This document shows, one piece after another, positions 1 to 11,747 of a stretch of 64,000 nucleotides of DNA (its first letter is position 1; each line of letters begins with the position of its first letter). The notes beneath the pieces are model-generated. The model did no database searches. It was not told the origin of the DNA and was given only the letters and a program-made list of their open reading frames with translations. The translations under genes and the position numbers were made by a program. Source of the stretch: Adineta vaga (lineage: Eukaryota > Animalia > Rotifera); NCBI GenBank assembly GCA_021613535.1, contig CP075495.1, positions 11,346,001 through 11,410,000 of the forward strand, in the 5' to 3' direction.

Positions 1-9
1 TTATCTTAC

Positions 10-118
10 CCGTAAAACAGACCAAGGATATGGAATGTAGCAAGAAGAGCCCAACCAAGAATAAGTACATAACCAAAAACATGTAGAATCATATCAAGAC
101 TGCTGTTGTGATTAATGC
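10..118 (-). CDS. Partial gene running off the left edge; membrane-protein exon, possibly the N-terminus of ceramide glucosyltransferase (UGCG-like)
   Basis: AG/GT-bounded exon encoding INHNSSLDMILHVFGYVLILGWALLATFHILGLFYG, resembling the first TM segment (…H-x4-YG) of animal glucosylceramide synthases. Only one exon is visible. Confidence 0.35.
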
Positions 119-1349
119 CTAACATTGATTAACGAGAATTATTTAATAATACTAAGTAGATGTTGATGATAATGCAAATAAGAATATCTTAAAAGCCACC
201 GTACAAACAAAATCACCAAGAAAAATAGCAGTACTTGAAAGAACAACAATGAATTTTTTTTATTTTATTTGCTTATTCTCATTGTCTTCAAGCTGTGGCC
301 ATAGAAAAGATGATGAATAAGTACACATAATATATATACACAATGGTATGCGTCATCGTTGATGCCATGATACTTTATCTTGGGTCTCATTCTATCACAT
401 ATCTTTTCTGTTCTTTCTAACGATAGAGGGAACTCTTGACTGGTTAGTTAATCTATATAGATATAGGACGAGTCGAAAGTCTACGAACGAATGAGAAATT
501 GAAAAAGACAAATATGTATCTTGCCCTCTTCTTATCAATTCAATGTCATCTGTTGTTATTATTATTCTTTTTATCAAATAAAATTAAACAATTATTCAAT
601 AAATACGGATATTATATAATTGAACAATTATTTTCTTCCGAAAATAATTGCAATTCTATATTTGCTTCATATCAATAAAAGATGAAAATAAAAAAGAAGG
701 GATTCTGTTTACTTGAATCAGATTTAGAATCATTTTGATACTTCTATGATGTATGAAAAGACAATGAATCAATATTGATCGTTGATGAATGATAAAGTAA
801 AGAAATCTTTTGTTAATTCATTTGACTTAAGAAATCTGATGAGTTTCTATCGTTCATATACAAATAGAATTGACAAAAAATATCAAATTGCATAGTAACT
901 CACTATTTCTATCTCTTGAAATCGTAAAAAAACGACGTAATATAATTCCTCACATGTAAATTCAAGATCTATTTCAAAAATATTTTTCTAATGATGTCAA
1001 ACCAATTGAAAATCGAGACAGAAAAGCGAGCATTATTTATGTACGTATTATTTCAATATCAAATAGAATTCTAAAGAAAAACTAGAGCAAAAAGCCTTCA
1101 TTAATATACAAACAACAGAAAGTATAAAAGATTTCTCATTGCATTGTTCAAGGATACAAATGAAAGATTTGACTTCGATAGAGTGAACAATTTAATTTTG
1201 AATAAATGGAAATATATTGCTAATTAAAGATCTAATAAAGATTAATTATCATTATTCGATATTTAATCTTTCGCATTATCCTCAGGACAAACTTAAATGT
1301 CGTGTAATAATTTTATTTGATTCTGGTACGATCTTCATCGCTGGTTCTT

Positions 1350-2351
1350 TTATTGTTTATTAAATTCTTGATGATTGATCATCGTTACTGCGCGAGATAA
1401 ATCTTCTTTTCTTTTGAATAAATTTTTTCGAACTTCTTTTGATATTTGTCGAAAGATTGCTGACGATAAATAATTGACGTAAAACATTGAAATATAATTG
1501 AAATAAAAAGCTAAACGAGCTATTTGAAGAAATAAATATTCTTGTGCTTGACGATAGGCACTTTTATCAATTGTTTGTGTTAAACTATAATAAACACTTT
1601 GAGTACAAAATGGAATCGATGATAGAATACAAATAATTATTTGTAAATATAACATGGATGCTAATTGATCATCAATACGTGCTTTACGTGTTTGAATTGT
1701 TGAAGATGTATGACCTATTCGACGATGATGAATTTGACAAAGATTTTTCCATGTTAAAAAACCGAATAAACTCATTAAAATCCATGGAAACATTCCATAA
1801 CAACATAGATTAAAGACGAAAGTGATAATCATTCCCCAAATAACGGATGTATTTTGACACGCATATTGATTCGATGTTATTTGAATTGATTTTGGATAGA
1901 TTAAAGTTGGAATTGCTAGGATCATCCAGAATAGATTAGTAAATAGACAAATACGTTTTGCAACAAAAACGGAATTTAATCGACGCCATTTTATTTCATC
2001 ACAAGTTGAAAAGAATCGATCAATTGCAGAAAAAACTAAACATGATAAAGCATTAAGTGACGCGCACTGTGCAACATAATATCGAACTTTACACCATAGA
2101 GTACTTGTTGCTGTCCAATGAATTTGAAAACCTCCATCAATTATTCGATCAGATAAACTAAATGATATTTGTATTAAACTAGCAATTGATCCAAATAAAA
2201 GATATGTACAATATGAGCTAGAACGAAGTGTATGATGACGAAAGATGAATATATTCCATACAGCACCAATAATACCAAAGATAAACATAAATGAACCCCA
2301 ATAAATATTTAATTGTTGAGATATTAGATTGAGTATTTCGATTGTAGCCAT
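1350..2351 (-). CDS. Intronless class A (rhodopsin-like) GPCR, 333 aa
   Basis: Seven hydrophobic segments. TM1 GIIGAVWNIFIF, TM3 CKVRYY…AIDRF (DRY-like), TM6 LSSIPF, TM7/helix 8 FYVNYLSSAIFRQ. Confidence 0.85.
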   Translation of the reverse strand: MATIEILNLISQQLNIYWGSFMFIFGIIGAVWNIFIFRHHTLRSSSYCTYLLFGSIASLIQISFSLSDRIIDGGFQIHWTATSTLWCKVRYYVAQCASLNALSCLVFSAIDRFFSTCDEIKWRRLNSVFVAKRICLFTNLFWMILAIPTLIYPKSIQITSNQYACQNTSVIWGMIITFVFNLCCYGMFPWILMSLFGFLTWKNLCQIHHRRIGHTSSTIQTRKARIDDQLASMLYLQIIICILSSIPFCTQSVYYSLTQTIDKSAYRQAQEYLFLQIARLAFYFNYISMFYVNYLSSAIFRQISKEVRKNLFKRKEDLSRAVTMINHQEFNKQ

Positions 2352-3318
2352 TCAAGATCAATGATAAAGAACGTAAGATAAAAAAATCTTTCAATTGAAT
2401 AGACTTATCTAAGAAGAGAACAAACCCTTTTCCTATATACACTTTGAATATATATTATATTTAAATAGAATAATAATAAGTAGGTTGATCGCAGCTGTAT
2501 AGATGCGTGAGTTAAAAATTTTCTATTTGTTGTTTCCTTCTTCATTACGTCTAATTAATATTATTGAATATCAAATTGACATTACAAATAAATCTTCATT
2601 ATTATTAAGAATTCTTTGATTAGTCAATCTTACATTTATGTACTTGCTAGCTATCTTTGATTTTGGTTGATTTCAAATGAGTGATATTTGATGAAAACGA
2701 TTTCACATAAGTTTATCAATCTTTTCTTTTTTTCGTTTTTCTATATCGTGTGAATGATCATACAATCAATAGTAAAACTGATAATTGTAGATGATTGATA
2801 TGTTAATCTGCCTAGAGAAAAACAAATCATGTTAGTAAATACTAGTTATGGCACGTGAGAATTTTTTTCCCACCTCTGTCACGCTCGGAAAAAAGTGTAT
2901 TTTAAAAATAGTTATCATTGACTTATTCTGTTTTTGACAACAATTCATGAATTTTTAGACCACCCTCAATGTAAACTTCTCGAATTTCGAATGGTGGAAA
3001 TATATTATCTGGTTTTTTCCAAACTTTTCCAACACTAATAGTAATGATAGGAATATAAACCCACTGGTGAGTGTGTATTATCAGCAAAACTGTTCGGTAG
3101 TGTCATCTATCAAATCAAAGAATTTGATTGGTCAACAAGAATTATTCATTGTCGTCATTAATGGCTACCTACCCTACCCTTCCTTCTACACTAGTTTTTT
3201 TTCATTCAATCATGCATATGCATGTTCATTTGTCCTATCAGTATGTTCGACATTAGATTCTTATTTTTTTTAGATAGAAGTTTCCATTTTGTTCTTATCT
3301 AATTGAATTATCATAACA

Positions 3319-6300
3319 ATGACGTCTTCTCCATCACAGTTTGCCAATACAAACAAATTTCAAGTTTTACCAGCTCCTGTAAGTAAAATCAATCTATTGA
3401 AATGAAATAAAAGTTCTCTTTCAAGACAACATTACTATTTACACAATCACTCAATAACAATGTTACTATTAATAACATGGGAAATACAACACAAAATATA
3501 CGTCCAACTAGTACACAAAATGGAACAATTCTTCAACCACAAATGACCAGTGGAATCATGACAACACCAACAAATTTCGTTCGTGTTAATCAATCACAAC
3601 CTATGCAATCACAACACGGTCAATATACAACACAAACAGTATGGACTAATAATCTATCACAATCTTCACATCAACAATTCACAATACAAAAACAACCACA
3701 ACAACAACAATCATCTGTTCTTCAATATGCAACTGTTAAAAGTGGTATGAAAAAGATTCTTTTTTTTTCTCAATAAATTTTAATCAATACTCTATTCTTC
3801 AAAGAACCAAGTACACCAGGTGGAATGCAACCACAATCGAATGTGGTTCCAACGAAAGTTATTACACAGCCCGTTGTTCGTCAAACAGTAGGAGCACCAC
3901 AAACAACGACAACAGCTACCTATACAGAATCTCAAATTAATGATTTTGTTTCGAAATGTCGAACATTCCTCACAACTTTACTTCGATTAGCCGAAAAACA
4001 AGCTCCAGAAAAATTACCAATGGTTCGATCTTGTATTCAACAACTTTTGGTAATAGAAAGATTCAAAACTTAATCTTTAATCTATTTTATCATAATTTAG
4101 GATGGAACTATTGATCCAGAATCTTTTACTCAACAATTACATACACTGTATAAGTCTCAACCACATATATCACTCGTCCCATTTTTTAAGGTAAATTTAA
4201 ACTTTTCTTTTTTTCATGTATCAAAGAACGTTTCCTTAAAATAACTCTGTCCATTTGAGTTAAAAAGAGAAAATTAGCATAATCTTCATCATCTTTGCAG
4301 GACTGTCTTATCTATACAAAGGTAATGATTAAACAGAAGAATTGTACGATTCATTTTCTTTTTCTTTTGTTTATAATGGTTTTTGTACGCTCAATTCATT
4401 TGGGGCTCATACGATTTTTTTTGTATTATTTCGAAATCGATTGCATGATAGTTGTATAGTTCCATTCATGAGAAGAAAAGGTATTTTTCTTTTTTTTAAG
4501 AAAACCCTTCTAGATAGGCATCTGTCGACAGGCATGTATTATTCACCTCATTGTTTCTCACAAAAAGAACAAATATAAGACAGGCGACATTGATAAGAAC
4601 AGAACAAAATTTCTCCAAACATGAGTCATCACTACGCAATTTACAAATGCGAGTATAATCCAAATCCGACTGAAGTAATTATGATTTATTTTATTCATAA
4701 TATGATTAATCATATGAATTATCTTCATTTTTAATGAAATAACTAAATTAATTTAACTCAAACATATAATTTTCAAACTCTATAATATAAACAGTAGAAA
4801 TAATCTGTCTTCAAATGAATATTCCTTTGTTATTTCATATACAAATATTATGCAATCAGTGATTTGTTTATATATTTTTCGAATGTTTTAAAAATTTCAT
4901 TCTCTTGTATTTCAGTTGGCATTGCCCCATATGCGTCGAATTGTAAAAAATACATTTGGACTTCCAATAACAATTGATTTACTAGAAAAACTTCAACTAC
5001 CACCAAGTAATAGCAATAATAATACCAATCACAATACGATAGGTATGACTCAAGTTACAAATACTATGAATCAGCAGCAACAACAACAACATTCAACATC
5101 AGTCATTCAACAACCATTATATACAACCGTTCAACCACAACAAAAACTCAATATTCTCCAACAAAGTTCTCAACCAACATTGATCGGTTCAACATCATCT
5201 CTACTCAGTCAACAACATCAACAACAACAACAAGCACGAACACAAATTGTATGTTCACTCATTCTATTTCATCTGTCTTTATTAAAAAAATGTTTTAATT
5301 TAGAGTATTACTGGTTTTCGTCCATTAGTTACATCATTACCTCAATCAGGAAACACAAGCATTCTTAGTGGACAACAACACCAACCACAACAAATTCAAC
5401 CGGTAACACAAAGAATGCTTCAACCATCCGATTCATTACTACAACGATCGATTCTTTCATCAACAACAACATTACAACAGCCACAAATCATAGCTGTTAA
5501 TCATCAGCCAATTAAAACAGAAACATTACATACACAACCACCATCACTAATATCTGTTATTCCACAAAAACCAATAATTAAGTCAGTTTAAATCATTCGC
5601 AAAACTTTCTTGATCATTTATTTTTTATGCATAGGACTGAAAATGATTTTATCGATGATAGTAATAATTCGACAATGACAAATACACGTCATTTACCACA
5701 TGATGATCGACTAATACCATCATTTCTTTTACATCGACGTCTACAAGAAATAAGTAAATAAAAATTTTAGGAACAAAGAAGGATTGTTTTCCTATAAAAG
5801 AATTGAAACTCATTTGGATCTTCTCCATTTTTTGTTCTAGTGGAAAAAGACAAACGCTTCTCAGGAATGACGATCACAGATGATGCAACTTTTCTTCTAA
5901 TATCAAATGCTGCTCAAGATCGATTGAAATATTTATTAGAACAAGTAAAATTAATTGCACAACATCGAATTGATATATCTATGAAGGTATACTTTTATTC
6001 TGAGATTTGTTTAAACTTGAAAAGAACGCTTTTTTTTTGTTGTTATCTAGAATGATGCTGCATATCAACAAACAAGTGATGTCAAAGGACAAATAAGATT
6101 TCTCGAAGATTTAGATAAAATTGAAAAACAGAAAAAAGATAAGATTGAACAAGAAAAAATCTTTCGTGCAGCAAAAGTAAAAATCAATGAATTTTCACTA
6201 TATTAAAATCTAGAAATGTTCTGTTTTTAGAGTCGTTCGAAAACTAATGATCCTGAAGCAGTTAAATTGAAACAAAAAGCAAAAGAAGTAAATAATTTGA

Positions 6301-6722
6301 TTTCTATAAAAATCATATAATTTTCATTTACTTCTTAAAGATGCAACAAGCTCAAGTGGAAGAACAACGACAAAAAGAAGCGAATGAAACAGCATTAGCA
6401 GCAATTGGTAAACCAAAAAAACGTAAACTTGAAGAAAGTACCAATCATCTTCATCAAACCACAATGTCGACCAATGGCCCCGAACAAATATCTCCTATTC
6501 AACCATCACCATCATCAAATGTGACTACATCAACAAATGTAAATAGTAAATCAGTATGTATTCATTTATTTTTCAAATTTCGTTTGAAATTTACAGCGAA
6601 TTCTCTTCTAGAAAACAACAAAACGTATTTGTCGAGCTAATCTTCGTGATTTATTATTAATAATGGAACGAGATAAATATCTTAAACGTACAACTCTTCT
6701 TGTTAAAGCTCTTAATAAATAA
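3319..6722 (+). CDS. TAF4: Transcription initiation factor TFIID subunit 4 (multi-exon)
   Basis: Q/T-rich N-terminus and a TAFH domain (VSKCRTFLTTLLRLA…DGTIDPESFTQQL…LVPFFK|LALPHMR). Histone fold (ISNAAQDRLKYLLEQ…AQHRID), AAKSRSKTNDPE…KQKAKEMQQ…ANETALAAIGKPKKRKL, and C-terminal RANLRDLLLIMERDK. Confidence 0.93.
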
Positions 6723-7638
6723 TTACTGATCAAGTAACAGAAGAGAAACATGTATACTTTCAAAAAAAACACACACACAATACATTGCTTGGTTTTTAAT
6801 CGAGATTAATCGAACATTTATCATGTCGTTTTCTTTCTTTTCTGTCTCACATGGTTTTACATGTTGAAGACATTTATTAAATTAAAAAAACAAAAAACAA
6901 ACAAAGTTCTTTGTAACTTTATGATGTATATGTCTCGTTTTTCTTCTTTTTTTTGTTGTTTCTTATTTATTCTGTCTTCTGTATACTTGCTCTCGATTGT
7001 CACATGGATATTTCTTCTATTTTTTTTGTATACCTTCTCTTCATTTCTATTTACAGTGAAAGAAACAAAAGAAAAAACACTTCTCTTGGATAAACATGAA
7101 TGAATGATTAAAATTCATTGGTTTCTTTTTGCCTTTTTGTTTTTACTTTTTTTTTAGAGATATATACATATATGTTAGTGGAAAGAAACTATATTTTTTC
7201 AGACACGATAATATTTGTTTTTATTAATGAAGTTTTTCGACATAGAGATAAAGAAATAGGATTAAATTTTGAGATATTTCTTGTAAATAAATCATTCATA
7301 TTTGAAACTTTTTATTCTGATGAGTTTTCAGAGTTGTTTAATACTTGTCGATTATGTAGTGATAAGGGTATAATAAGACGATGCATCCAGATTTGTTCAA
7401 GATAGTACTCATCAGTCATTGTTGAAGAAGAGGAATCGACAAAAACTTGTGTTCTAAGTAATAGACGACTTTTTCTTTTGGAGGAAATAATCTATAAACA
7501 TTGACATCGAATAGTATTGTTAGTTAACAGTTTGAATCCAGTCGTTTATGCAAAAGAAAATCTATTTTTATTAAAAAAAAAGTACTTATCTTACATCGTT
7601 ATTATCCGTTGATGTCTTTTCATTTTTTATTTTTAGAT

Positions 7639-9427
7639 ATGACGGAAGATGCAATTAGAGAGGAAGAAGAAAATCAAGAGAATCCATTTATAGAAAATGA
7701 AAGTGAAGGATTTGATAGTGCATGTTATCGTAAATGCCATGGATTGTTCTGTTTAACAACAACAGATAATCATTTTGAACATGAAATTTCATTAGATTAT
7801 TCACCATTTATTGATTCATTAACAAATTATTCTACTAGAACATATCAACGAATTGAATCACTTCTTAAACTCGATCATTCAATTGATCGAGTAAAAAATC
7901 TAATAAAACACAAGCATATTACCTGTGTCGATCTTGTCTTATACTATTTAAAACGTGTGCAAATGACAAATGATTATTATAAAGTTATTATCGAACTTAA
8001 TCCACATTTATTAACCGAAGCAAAACGATTCGATGAGGAATGGAACAAAGATATAATTGAAAATAAAACCTTATTTGGTTGTGTTGCTGGTATAAAAGGT
8101 AATATTAGCATACGTGATATGTATAATGATGCAGGTGCTCATATTTTACATGAGAAGAAAATGGAAAATGATGCACCAATTATAAGAAAACTTCGAAAAC
8201 AAGGTAAAAATAGATGCATCTATAAATTAGATATCTATTGAATAGTTCAAGGTTGTATTATTCTTGGTCGAACGAATTTATCTGAATGGGCATATGCTTT
8301 TACAGAAAATGCTCCATCAGGTTTTTCAGCTGTTGGAGGACAATGTCTTCATCCAGATGATATTCATGAAGATGTTAGTGGTTCATCGAGTGGATCAGCA
8401 GCTGGTATTAAACTAAATCTATTTACATTTTCATTAGGAACAGAAACACAAGGATCATTGTTATCACCAGCAATTAATGTACGAAATGTTTGTACACTGA
8501 AACCAACACTCGGAACATGGCCTAAAGAAGATATTATACCAGTTAATTATGATCAAGATTCATGTGGTCCTATGACACGAAATATTAAAGATGTAGAATT
8601 ATTACATAAAATTGCTTCTGGTATTGAAAGTAATCCAGATAATGATAGTCGATCACTTCGCGTTGGTTATCTCGGTAAGTTTGACACATATCAAGTTAGA
8701 CAGAACAGATTAATTAAAACTACTCTATTCGCAATTAGGACAATCACAAGATGGTATTATATTGCTTCAAACTTTATCTGCTCTTCTACCTTTGACAACA
8801 TTAGTAAATTTAAATAATGATCAATCTCTTGCTGAACCTATAACTGCTGTATTAAATCCTACTGCAACATGTAACACATCTTTTCTTGATTTTCTTTGTT
8901 ATGCACTTGCTCGTGATATTCCATTATATCTATCATCTCATTCATCTTCTTATTCTCATCAAACTCTTCAATCGATTATCGAATGGAATTTATCTCATTC
9001 AGAATATATTCCGTATGGTCAATCATTATTTATTCGTGCAATTGAATCACCAATTACACAAGATTCATATAATGCTTACAAACAAACCTTAAAACAAGCA
9101 TATCAGTCATTTACAACTTATCTGAAATCAAAATATTCACTTGATTGTTTGATAACAATTGGTAATGATGATCTTTTTTCTGCTACAACTGTTTGTGGTA
9201 TTCCACGTGCTAATTTAACACTTGATTATTATAATCCTGATCATCAACAAATCAATGTTATTGCGATTGGATTTTCTCTGAATGATGATCTTCTGCTTCT
9301 TCGTTTTCTTCAACGATTAGAAAAAGCAAATCTTCAAGCAGGAAAAATTGATACACGAACACCTTTTCAAAAATATCTTCAACAACCCATACGATCAGCT
9401 TATCAAACCGGTTGCTCAATTCTTTGA
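7639..9427 (+). CDS. Amidase-signature family amidase (3 exons) with C-terminal CaaX motif
   Basis: GIKGNI (catalytic Lys), ILGRTNLSEWA, SGSSSGSAAG, GTETQGSL, LKPTLG, DSCGPMTRNIKD, PYGQSLF. Introns at ~8203-8251 and ~8675-8738. Ends GCSIL*. Confidence 0.88.
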
Positions 9428-9618
9428 ATAATTTATTTGTTTTTCTCATATTTAACCTGATGCTTTCCATTTCCTTTTCTATTTCTAACAGTGAATGACA
9501 ACAGTCTCTTTGCTCATTTTATTCAATGCAATATTTCTACTAATTTATTCTTTAGATTGGATCGTGAAGTATTTGTATTTTTAGATTTTTATAAAAACAA
9601 TTTTGTAATCAAAACATT

Positions 9619-11360
9619 ATGACGTCTATAAAACACGATGATAATCGACGTATTGCACGTAGTATTTCATCATCATCATCTGGAAGAAATACCGAAGATA
9701 GAGAACCGCCAGTTACTCCATCATCTGCAGAACCAACTGTATTCGATTGGGAAAGTGACAAAAGACGTTCGAAACCATTTGATGATGGAACGATGTCTTT
9801 CTTTTGGCGAGCACATACTATAACATGTTTAGTTATAGCTATGTCATATCTTTTCTATGTTGCGGTTTTGGAACAACCATCTGAAGATTCATTATATAAT
9901 ACGAAACGGTAAAGAGTCTTATCTATGGAAAAGAACATATTTTAATATTTATTTTTCTTCTATTTTCAGAGGTCTTTTAGCATGTGCTGGTTTTTTTCTT
10001 GTATTCGGTATGACACAAACACCTGATGGAGTATTTGTTCGACCACATCCTGGTAAAATGATTTACTTTTCTTTTGCAAATAATTGCTCAATAATATTTT
10101 TCATTCGTAGCTCTATGGCGTCTTGTACTTTGCTTCAGTGTACTCTATGAAATTGTACTGATTTACATTCTATTTCAAGTGAATTACTATTGATCAATTG
10201 AATTCTATCAAATTCAATCTACTGTTTTTAGACAGTTGATGATGCTAGACAATTAATCAAAACTATCGATCCATCATTAGGTGTGCCATTGCCAGATAAA
10301 GATTATGGTGGTTCATGTCGCATTTATGATTGGGAACATCCTGAAGATCCATTTCATAATTTTAAAGTAAGAATTAAATCTTCGAAATCTTCTCATTATG
10401 AATGTTTTCTTTCTTAGGATAAAATGGATTTTTTTGTTTTATCACATTTCTTTGGTTGGTGGTTAAAAGTATGAAATTGATATTTAAATCGATTAATATA
10501 AAAATCAATTTCTAGACATTAATTATTCGTGATTATTGGCTTTGTATGGTCACATCAATTGGTTTTGAAATTCTCGAATATTCATTAGAACATCAATTAC
10601 CAAACTTTAGTGAATGTTGGTGGGATCATGTATGTTTTTAGATATTTATAGTCTAAATATGAAATTGATTTATCGAATTCTAGTGGATTCTTGATGCACT
10701 TATTTGTAATGGTGGAGGCATTTATTTGGGAATGAAAACATGTGAATATTTAAAAATGAAACCTTATAATTGGCGTGGACTTTGGTCTATTCCAACTGTT
10801 CGGTAAAGAATATTCTTTCGAGAAAGATGTCTTCTTAAAATTAGATCTCATTTAGAGGTAAAATTATGCGTGCATTAGGTCAATTTACACCACATGATTG
10901 GCTTGAATTTAATTGGCGTCCAACAGCATCTTTAAAACGTTGGCTCGCAATGTTATTTATCACATGTTTTCTATTTCTTACAGAATTAGGTACATTCTAT
11001 TTGAAATTTATCCTATGGATTCCACCACCACATTTTCTTTGTCTCTCTCGTTTATTATTTTTCTTACTTGCTGGTGGCGTTTCTATGCGTGAAATGTTCG
11101 AGTATTTGGATAATACTCAATGTAAAAAATTTGGTCGACAATCATGGGTTATAACTGCTATTATTATAACGGAAGTTTTAATTGTTGTTAAATTTGATTG
11201 GGAGACAGTGACAAAACCATTACCATTCTATATTGGTCTTCTTTGGATAACAATTGCAATTGGCATTGTTTTATGGACAATTTATCAATTTTGGTTTAAA
11301 CGATTTATTCTTTGGGGACAGAAAAAGAATGTTTCAACTGTTAGAAGCAAGAACGAATAA
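9619..11360 (+). CDS. PTDSS2: Phosphatidylserine synthase 2 (multi-exon)
   Basis: [96 protein letters not shown]. Confidence 0.93.
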
Positions 11361-11747
11361 GACGATATGGTTTTCATCTATTCATTCCTGAATGCGCTAT
11401 CTAGATGTCCTTGTATTCCCTTCTAGTCACCTACTATGTGCTCCTGTTTTCTTTACTGATTTTTGTTGTTGTTGTTGTTGTTCCGGATGATTATCAAAAC
11501 CAAAAGCATTTTGTCCATTCTTTAATAGAATTAAGAACTTATGTATTGTTTTGTTACAATAAAACAAAAACTGAAAAGACTATCAATATTCTGATTCAAA
11601 AGAATAATGATTCTTTGAAAATGAACTAAATAGACGAAGAAGAAGAAGAATTTTCTCGATAGTTGTCTGTTCCACGTGCGATCGAAAGAAGAAAAAAGAA
11701 ATCATACGTATGTAAACGACTAGTTCATTTCATTTCTATAATCAAAA

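Noticed and set aside
4191-4915. Unusually long TAF4 intron containing a 78-aa ORF (4342-4578)
   Set aside because: The ORF starts at a non-ATG codon, is F/L-rich and has no motifs. No snoRNA boxes or repeats could be supported.
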